From Eledone cirrhosa (taxonomy: Eukaryota), in the NCBI GenBank assembly GCA_964016885.1, contig OZ024740.1:359476001-359540000 (forward strand): a stretch of DNA of 64,000 nt, in the 5' to 3' direction. Each line of letters begins with the position of its first letter. Position 1 is the stretch's first letter. Under the pieces are notes generated by a model. That model saw only the letters and a list, made by a program, of their open reading frames with translations, was not told where the DNA came from and searched no databases. Of this stretch, positions 54,823 through 64,000 are shown piece by piece. The position numbers and the translations under genes were made by a program.

Positions 54823-54976
54823 TTCATTATTTAACGATCGTTTCTAGGATATATATGTGTTAGAATTGGCATGCATATTCAACAGATCTATGTACAAAAT
54901 TATACAAAATTATACAAACTATCAAGATTAAATATACATACCAACACATATATACGTCGTCTTCAGAAATAATGAA
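54823..54976 (-). ncRNA. Type I hammerhead with perfect 10-bp stem I and ~115-nt stem II
   Basis: Reverse complement: ttcattattt-CTGAAGA-cgacg tatatatgtgttgg...ctaacacatatata tccta-GAAA-cgatcg-TT/aaataatgaa. Confidence 0.8.
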
Positions 54977-55604
54977 ATATATTTATTGATAATAACAACA
55001 ATTCAAAATTTCAGGTCCGTTTGGGAACAAAATTGACCAATGAAAATACAAAAGGTTTAATGCAGTTCGGTGTGTGTATATACATGTAACTACCCTTACA
55101 CATATTTTACAAAAATGTATGCACAACTTGTATACGCATACCAAAAGGATGGATGCAAATACAAAATTTCAAGGTTAATGTCTCTGTAAGTTTATAATGC
55201 ACAGATAAGATGCGTATAGACACATAAATATGAAATAAGTGTATACACATATTCTCATACTCACACATATCCGTACAATCACACATACACGCGCGTATAT
55301 GCATAAACATACACATAACTACGAACATACAAACACACACACACCCCCACTCACATATATATATGTGGATATAAAATCCTAAGCACATGGATATTAATTC
55401 ACTCACATAAACACTGGCACACACATTTAGATCAAGATACAGAAATTAGGTGGGAGGGGGGGGAGAGGTCAGTATTCAACGGTTTGGGCAGACTGCTTAA
55501 TATAGATGTATCTATAAACTAAGAAAATAAAAAATAATAAATAATAAATAAACATTAAAAAGGAAAGAAAAGAAAAAGAAAAAAGAAAAAAGAAATATAT
55601 CAAG

Positions 55605-55652
<48 letters not shown>

Positions 55653-55800
55653 CACATATATACACACATACATATATATACACACATACAAACACATACA
55701 TACATATACACACATCCACACTTAGAACATACATACACACACATATATAAACATATATATATATACACACATACATACATATACACACATACATATAAAT

Positions 55801-55850
<50 letters not shown>

Positions 55851-56128
55851 ATACACATATAATCACACATACTATATAGACACACATATATATACACACA
55901 TACACGCACATATACATACACTTACATACTTATATACATACAGATATACACATACATACCTATATATACACACAAATACATACAGACATACATACATACA
56001 TACAGACAAATACTTACGCATCTATATATCGGTATATACATACAAACACCACTACACTCTCACACAACTCAGACATACAAAGAAAAAGGTATATACCTAT
56101 ACACATATACATATACAAATAGAGAAAC

Positions 56129-56191
<63 letters not shown>

Positions 56192-56387
56192 CACATATAC
56201 ACACATACACATACATACACATACATACATGTACACACTCATAGATATATATACACATACACACATACACACATACATATATAGTCATACACACACATAC
56301 ACCTACACGAACATACACATACACATATATAAAGATATATATACACACACACACACACATACACACACACACATATATATAAAATAA

Positions 56388-56422
<35 letters not shown>

Positions 56423-56753
56423 CATATACATACACACATACATAGACATATATGTACATACATACACATACATAGATACATACACACACATACATACATA
56501 TATATATACACACATAGACATATACATACATACACACACAACATACATACACACATATATACTCATACATAGAATTAGATATATATTCATACATACATAC
56601 GCACTTACATATACTCATATATACAAATACATACGCATCCATATATGCGTATATACATAGAAACACCACTACACCCTCACCCAACTCAGACATACAAAGA
56701 AAAAGGCATATACATATACATATATACACGCATTAATAGAGATATATATACAC

Positions 56754-56784
<31 letters not shown>

Positions 56785-56999
56785 CACTTATATATATATA
56801 CCCACACACACATACAACCATAAATACACATACAAACACCCACATATACATATATATACACATATATATATATACACACACATAAAAAACAGACATGCAC
56901 ATATATATTTTTTTACACATATATATACACATATATATACACATATACACACCCTCACATATACACACATACACATAAGTTATATTATAATAATAAATA

Positions 57000-57060
<61 letters not shown>

Positions 57061-57082
57061 AATATAGAGATATATACACACA

Positions 57083-57116
<34 letters not shown>

Positions 57117-57313
57117 CATATACACACACCCATATACACACTCACATATATATGCGTGTGCACACACACATATATACACATACACACATATACACATAAA
57201 CACATATATGTGTATATATGCACACACACACATATATCCACATAGATACGAAGATAGACATATAAATAGAGAGACATACATATATATACACACACACATA
57301 TACATACATACAT

Positions 57314-57354
<41 letters not shown>

Positions 57355-58667
57355 CACACATACACATACACATATATATAGACATGCATATATACACATA
57401 TACACATACATACACACATACATATACACACACACAATCTTACATTCTTATTTGCATGCGCATATATGTATTTTTATATTCAGATATAAATACCCAAACA
57501 TATATACACCTACCTACATATATATATTCATACATACACGCTTACAAACACAGATGATAATAGTATGGGGGAAAGGGGGGGTTGGAGAAGGGGATTATAG
57601 TAAATATATGTTTCAAGAAACATAGAATATTATCCGTATCTGGATCCAATGTATGTTTTTACATAGTTTCAGTGTTAGGAAATACAATAAACAAGAAATA
57701 AGGCAAAATTTATGCATTTCAAAATAAATAAGTATACCATTAATTATATGTTAACTAAACTAAAGATAGTTAACATATTGATTTCTAAGGTGTAAATTAG
57801 TTAGGTTTATAATATTTGAAGCAGAATTTTGAAGTTAAATAGTAGTAGAGTATTAATTATATTATAACTAAATTAAAGTTAATAACGTTATGGTATCAAT
57901 ATTAGGAAATGAATTTAGTAATAGGGAAAAAACAAATAAAGTATTACATCGGTAGTAGAATATAAATTATAGGTTAACTAAATTAAAAATTATATATTTA
58001 TTTCTATAGTATATGTTAATTAGGTATATAATAAATAAAACAGATATTGTATTTTATCAATAGCAGAATATAATTATATGCAAATAGAAATCAAAATTAA
58101 TACATATACATATACATATACATACACATATATATATACATATATATACATATATATATACATATATACACATATACACACACATACACATACACATATA
58201 CATATACATATTTTTTTCAAAAATTGCAAAGAATATATTAACTAGGTATATATCCAAAACACATCCCATTCTATGATTACATGACATTCTGCAATTCGTC
58301 TGTATAAGGATACTAATTTTAAGCCAATTAAATTAAATTTTTAGGTTGACTAAAATTAAAACCAAATTATAAATATATTTCTAAAATGTATATTAATTAG
58401 GTCTATAATACTAAAAATTATTTCTCTGTCATTGGATACACGATATTTTGTTATATTTTATCTGTAAAAGAATTATAATAAAAGGTTTAAATAAATTAAA
58501 ATTAATCTATAAATTAAATTACTAAGTATATATTAGTAATATTTAAAGGTTTTTCACAATTTATGATTACATAATATTTTATATTCTCATCTGTAATAGA
58601 ATTTTAATTAAATTAAATTTATAGGTTAACTAACATTTAAATTAAATTAATTTCTAAAATAATGTTA

Positions 58668-60170
58668 TTAATTAGGTTTATAATATTTAAATGTTTTTTT
58701 TAGTTTATGATTACACGATATAATTAATTCCTGTCGTTTATTTAATAGGATATCCTTAGATTTCATTATTTCAAATAGTTCTTGGGAACATAATCTACAT
58801 TCATTTCTATTATTTTGATAAGGGGTGGCTCTTTTGAGCACACTCCAGGTCAAATCATATTCTATATTCTTATTTTTATAACTATTGATTTTTTCTGCTA
58901 GAGATGTTGTATTAGCCAGTGCGGCATTTTTAAAACTATGCTTGTGGGTATTAAACCTTGTCTTAAAATTGTTAGAGGTAGCTCCTATATATGAGAAAAT
59001 AGAATCTTTAGTTTTAACATTACATTTATAGACTATGTTGTTAACAAGACAATTCCCTTTTAATGGGCAGTTTGCTTTGTTTCTACAGTTACAACCTTTC
59101 GTTAATTCTGTATTTGAGGAGATATTATGGTTAATTTGATGTACTGGTGGTATACTTATGGTTTTCTTACATTTATATGCATTATAGGCACTTATATTTT
59201 GTTTTATGTTATTTGTTGTAGAGTATGAGAATTTAACTGTAGACCTATTTAAGATTTGATGGTATTTGTGGTTTGGCGGGAAGTTTTTCTCTAGGATATA
59301 AAAAAATTTTTTAGCAATATTATCCTTAATTTGTAAATTAAATGGAGCATTATACCAAGTAACCCGTCTATTACGGTTTCTATGTTGTTTATTATTTTTA
59401 TTATTTTTATAGGTTGTATCGTGATTTTTACTAGGAGGATTAATGTTAATGATCTCACCACAACCATTTTTAGTTATATTTGTAGATTTAGGTGTTTTAT
59501 CCTTTTTATTAGGAGTTTTATTATTAATATTTATTAGAGTTGTATGATGAGTAGTTTTTTGAGAGTTACTATACTTTATATTAGAAGATTTGGTATTTTG
59601 GGGTATAGTGTGGGTGGCATTTAGGTGTGTACTTTTCATTTGGTGTTTGTTGGTAATATTAGGTTGTATGCTTTCAGTATTTTTAGTAGAAGGTATATAT
59701 TCTAATCTATTTTTGTGGCCACTTCTATCTAGAGCTTCGTTATAGAAGGTCGCATTTTTATCAAATACATCTTGGTTAGAAGAAAGGTTAGAAATTCTAA
59801 GTGATATATTATATGCAAGGTTTTTAAGAATAGATTTAGGGTGATTAGATTGTGAGTGTATGTAATGTAAGTTTTGGTTTGGTTTATGGTAAGGTTGGTA
59901 GATACCCGTAGCTAAATCTAAAGTTATATCTAGGAAATTTACTACTTTACTTGTTTTTTCAAAAGTAATATTAAGATTATAATAGTCTTTAAGGAAAGTT
60001 CTAATATGTTTTTTGTTTTTTTCAATTTCTGAAAGGCTAAGGTTGTTAGAAAGAAGAAGACAGTCATCACGATATAAACCACCTTTGAGGTGGGGAAAGG
60101 AGGCATTTATGTTGAAAAGGAGAAAGAGGCCCACAAGATCAGTAATTTGGGCGGAATCGCTTGAACCCAT
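58668..60170 (-). CDS. PLE RT C-terminal half plus GIY-YIG endonuclease (truncated copy)
   Basis: MGSSDSAQ, LYRDD, FLDITL, CNCRNKANCPLKGNC, IVY..YIG. Confidence 0.85.
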   Translation of the reverse strand: MGSSDSAQITDLVGLFLLFNINASFPHLKGGLYRDDCLLLSNNLSLSEIEKNKKHIRTFLKDYYNLNITFEKTSKVVNFLDITLDLATGIYQPYHKPNQNLHYIHSQSNHPKSILKNLAYNISLRISNLSSNQDVFDKNATFYNEALDRSGHKNRLEYIPSTKNTESIQPNITNKHQMKSTHLNATHTIPQNTKSSNIKYSNSQKTTHHTTLININNKTPNKKDKTPKSTNITKNGCGEIININPPSKNHDTTYKNNKNNKQHRNRNRRVTWYNAPFNLQIKDNIAKKFFYILEKNFPPNHKYHQILNRSTVKFSYSTTNNIKQNISAYNAYKCKKTISIPPVHQINHNISSNTELTKGCNCRNKANCPLKGNCLVNNIVYKCNVKTKDSIFSYIGATSNNFKTRFNTHKHSFKNAALANTTSLAEKINSYKNKNIEYDLTWSVLKRATPYQNNRNECRLCSQELFEIMKSKDILLNKRQELIISCNHKLKKTFKYYKPN

Positions 60171-60269
60171 AGTAATATCAAATAGATTACTATATGTGTT
60201 TCTGGTCCAGTATTCATTCTGAAATTCAATAAGTGTTAGTCTAGCATGAAATTCAATAAGTGTTAGTCT

Positions 60270-63200
60270 TTCGAGAAAGACCTTTTTAATTTAATTAAAC
60301 ACCTCAAATTTAAAAAGTATAAATCCGTCTTTCAAAAGGACCTTGATTCTACCCTATTGGACCTAAAAAAGTCTAAAAAAATCCATGTCCACTCGGACAA
60401 AACTGGTAACTTGTATCATATGGATATTGAACATTATAATGAGTTCATATATAAAGAACTCAGAAAAAATTATAAAAAATCTAATAATGCGTCACTCACC
60501 AACATCAACAACAAAACACACAACATAGTAAAAAAAACTAAACATTGAAGATAGAACTGAACCTTTGGCATTGAAAAAACCACACTTCAACCTGAAGGAT
60601 CATAAATCAAACTTTAACTCAAATCCTTCTATTAGACTTATATGTCCCTCCAAATCAGATATTGGAATAATTAGCAAAAAAATTTTGGATAGAGTCATCC
60701 CACAAATAAGAAAACACGTTATTTTACCACTCTGGGAAAACACCTCCCAGGTAATTAACTGGTTTAAAAATATTAGATGTAAATCTTCTGCTTCATTTCT
60801 ACAATTTGATATAGATAATTACTATTCTTCTATATCACCTATACTCCTGAACAAAGCATTGATATTTGCTAAAAATAGATCTAACTTAACTTTGGATGAC
60901 ATTAATATTATTACACATGCTAGACTAACACTTATTGAATTTCAGAATGAATACTGGACCAGAAACACATATAGTAATCTATTTGATATTACTATGGGTT
61001 CAAGCGATTCCGCCCAAATTACTGATCTTGTGGGCCTCTTTCTCCTTTTCAACATAAATGCCTCCTTTCCCCACCTCAAAGGTGGTTTATATCGTGATGA
61101 CTGTCTTCTTCTTTCTAACAACCTTAGCCTTTCAGAAATTGAAAAAAACAAAAAACATATTAGAACTTTCCTTAAAGACTATTATAATCTTAATATTACT
61201 TTTGAAAAAACAAGTAAAGTAGTAAATTTCCTAGATATAACTTTAGATTTAGCTACGGGTATCTACCAACCTTACCATAAACCAAACCAAAACTTACATT
61301 ACATACACTCACAATCTAATCACCCTAAATCTATCCTTAAAAACCTTGCATATAATATATCACTTAGAATTTCTAACCTTTCTTCTAACCAAGATGTATT
61401 TGATAAAAATGCGACCTTCTATAACGAAGCTCTAGATAGAAGTGGCCACAAAAATAGATTAGAATATATACCTTCTACTAAAAATACTGAAAGCATACAA
61501 CCTAATATTACCAACAAACACCAAATGAAAAGTACACACCTAAATGCCACCCACACTATACCCCAAAATACCAAATCTTCTAATATAAAGTATAGTAACT
61601 CTCAAAAAACTACTCATCATACAACTCTAATAAATATTAATAATAAAACTCCTAATAAAAAGGATAAAACACCTAAATCTACAAATATAACTAAAAATGG
61701 TTGTGGTGAGATCATTAACATTAATCCTCCTAGTAAAAATCACGATACAACCTATAAAAATAATAAAAATAATAAACAACATAGAAACCGTAATAGACGG
61801 GTTACTTGGTATAATGCTCCATTTAATTTACAAATTAAGGATAATATTGCTAAAAAATTTTTTTATATCCTAGAGAAAAACTTCCCGCCAAACCACAAAT
61901 ACCATCAAATCTTAAATAGGTCTACAGTTAAATTCTCATACTCTACAACAAATAACATAAAACAAAATATAAGTGCCTATAATGCATATAAATGTAAGAA
62001 AACCATAAGTATACCACCAGTACATCAAATTAACCATAATATCTCCTCAAATACAGAATTAACGAAAGGTTGTAACTGTAGAAACAAAGCAAACTGCCCA
62101 TTAAAAGGGAATTGTCTTGTTAACAACATAGTCTATAAATGTAATGTTAAAACTAAAGATTCTATTTGCTCATATATAGGAGCTACCTCTAACAATTTTA
62201 AGACAAGGTTTAATACCCACAAGCATAGTTTTAAAAATGCCGCACTGGCTAATACAACATCTCTAGCAGAAAAAATCAATAGTTATAAAAATAAGAATAT
62301 AGAATATGATTTGACCTGGAGTGTGCTCAAAAGAGCCACCCCTTATCAAAATAATAGAAATGAATGTAGATTATGTTCCCAAGAACTATTTGAAATAATG
62401 AAATCTAAGGATATCCTATTAAATAAACGACAGGAATTAATTATATCGTGTAATCATAAACTAAAAAAAACATTTAAATATTATAAACCTAATTAATAAC
62501 ATTATTTTAGAAATTAATTTAATTTAAATGTTAGTTAACCTATAAATTTAATTTAATTAAAATTCTATTACAGATGAGAATATAAAATATTATGTAATCA
62601 TAAATTGTGAAAAACCTTTAAATATTACTAATATATACGTAGTAATTTAATTTATAGATTAATTTTAATTTATTTAAACCTTTTATTATAATTCTTTTAC
62701 AGATAAAATATAACAAAATATCGTGTATCCAATGACAGAGAAATAATTTTTAGTATTATAGACCTAATTAATATACATTTTAGAAATATATTTATAATTT
62801 GGTTTTAATTTTAGTCAACCTAAAAATTTAATTTAATTGGCTTAAAATTAGTATCCTTATACAGACGAATTGCAGAATGTCATGTAATCATAGAATGGGA
62901 TGTGTTTTGGATATATACCTAGTTAATATATTCTTTGCAATTTTTGAAAAAAATATGTATATGTATATGTGTATGTGTATGTGTATGTGTGTGTATATGT
63001 GTATATATGTATATATATATGTATATATATGTATATATATATGTGTATGTATATGTATATGTATATGTATTAATTTTGATTTCTATTTGCATATAATTAT
63101 ATTCTGCTATTGATAAAATACAATATCTGTTTTATTTATTATATACCTAATTAACATATACTATAGAAATAAATATATAATTTTTAATTTAGTTAACCTA

Positions 63201-63815
63201 TAATTTATATTCTACTACCGATGTAATACTTTATTTGTTTTTTCCCTATTACTAAATTCATTTCCTAATATTGATACCATAACGTTATTAACTTTAATTT
63301 AGTTATAATATAATTAATACTCTACTACTATTTAACTTCAAAATTCTGCTTCAAATATTATAAACCTAACTAATTTACACCTTAGAAATCAATATGTTAA
63401 CTATCTTTAGTTTAGTTAACATATAATTAATGGTATACTTATTTATTTTGAAATGCATAAATTTTGCCTTATTTCTTGTTTATTGTATTTCCTAACACTG
63501 AAACTATGTAAAAACATACATTGGATCCAGATACGGATAATATTCTATGTTTCTTGAAACATATATTTACTATAATCCCCTTCTCCAACCCCCCCTTTCC
63601 CCCATACTATTATCATCTGTGTTTGTAAGCGTGTATGTATGAATATATATATGTAGGTAGGTGTATATATGTTTGGGTATTTATATCTGAATATAAAAAT
63701 ACATATATGCGCATGCAAATAAGAATGTAAGATTGTGTGTGTGTATATGTATGTGTGTATGTATGTGTATATGTGTATATATGCATGTCTATATATATGT
63801 GTATGTGTATGTGTG

Positions 63816-63860
<45 letters not shown>

Positions 63861-64000
63861 ATGTATGTATGTATATGTGTGTGTGTATATATATGTATGT
63901 CTCTCTATTTATATGTCTATCTTCGTATCTATGTGGATATATGTGTGTGTGTGCATATATACACATATATGTGTTTATGTGTATATGTGTGTATGTGTAT
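60270..64000 (+). mobile_element. Naiad-type PLE, right arm, 5'-truncated and running off the window
   Basis: Reading starts FEKDLFNLIK at 60270; an extra A in the A8 run at 60530-60537 splits the ORF. 60915-64000 mirrors 60248 to about 57174. Confidence 0.92.
60565..62496 (+). CDS. PLE reverse transcriptase plus GIY-YIG endonuclease
   Basis: LKDHK..RLICPSKS, FDIDNYYSSI, MGS, LYRDD, a CxCx5Cx5C linker (recalled as a Naiad hallmark), IVY..YIG..FKTRF..H and CRLC..LNKR..CNH. The true start lies upstream of the frameshift. Confidence 0.9.
   Translation: MALKKPHFNLKDHKSNFNSNPSIRLICPSKSDIGIISKKILDRVIPQIRKHVILPLWENTSQVINWFKNIRCKSSASFLQFDIDNYYSSISPILLNKALIFAKNRSNLTLDDINIITHARLTLIEFQNEYWTRNTYSNLFDITMGSSDSAQITDLVGLFLLFNINASFPHLKGGLYRDDCLLLSNNLSLSEIEKNKKHIRTFLKDYYNLNITFEKTSKVVNFLDITLDLATGIYQPYHKPNQNLHYIHSQSNHPKSILKNLAYNISLRISNLSSNQDVFDKNATFYNEALDRSGHKNRLEYIPSTKNTESIQPNITNKHQMKSTHLNATHTIPQNTKSSNIKYSNSQKTTHHTTLININNKTPNKKDKTPKSTNITKNGCGEIININPPSKNHDTTYKNNKNNKQHRNRNRRVTWYNAPFNLQIKDNIAKKFFYILEKNFPPNHKYHQILNRSTVKFSYSTTNNIKQNISAYNAYKCKKTISIPPVHQINHNISSNTELTKGCNCRNKANCPLKGNCLVNNIVYKCNVKTKDSICSYIGATSNNFKTRFNTHKHSFKNAALANTTSLAEKINSYKNKNIEYDLTWSVLKRATPYQNNRNECRLCSQELFEIMKSKDILLNKRQELIISCNHKLKKTFKYYKPN

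Larger units (their letters stand above)
54765..60248 (-). mobile_element. Naiad-type PLE, left arm of an inverted pair, with a ~3.9-kb 3' region ending in a hammerhead pLTR
   Basis: ORF 58668-60170 is the 3' part of ORF 60565-62496; hammerhead at 54823-54976; the end abuts a TA-rich tract. Confidence 0.9.

Noticed and set aside
60565-62496. Selenocysteine recoding, as reported for some Naiad PLEs
   Set aside because: The conserved Cys positions are ordinary TGT/TGC codons, and the TGA at 60546 is explained by a homopolymer frameshift.
57174-64000. Inverted duplication as a pure assembly artefact
   Set aside because: The arms differ by substitutions and repeat lengths, the junction is complex, and the layout fits PLE biology. 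Read-level confirmation is still needed.

Overview
AT-rich, microsatellite-dense animal genomic DNA, most likely an octopus (inferred from the tRNA-derived SINE families; not verifiable here). The only host coding sequence I can support is the last exon of a type B LGR receptor (rickets/bursicon-receptor-like, 8453-10119, +). The rest is mobile DNA: Tx1-like, RTE-like and R4/Dong-like LINEs (one Dong ORF intact), at least seven Penelope-like element (PLE) segments including a young inverted pair at 54.8-64 kb, SINEs, hAT MITEs and Helitron-type elements. The strongest signal missing from the ORF track is a set of about ten minimal type I hammerhead ribozymes, which I folded by eye. Several sit at PLE 3' ends. 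Others sit in small non-coding fold-back elements, in two of which the inverted arm begins at the predicted cleavage site. A hammerhead 3' half also lies in the 5' UTR of the intact Dong-like LINE. Most short ORFs in the track are microsatellite translation artefacts.
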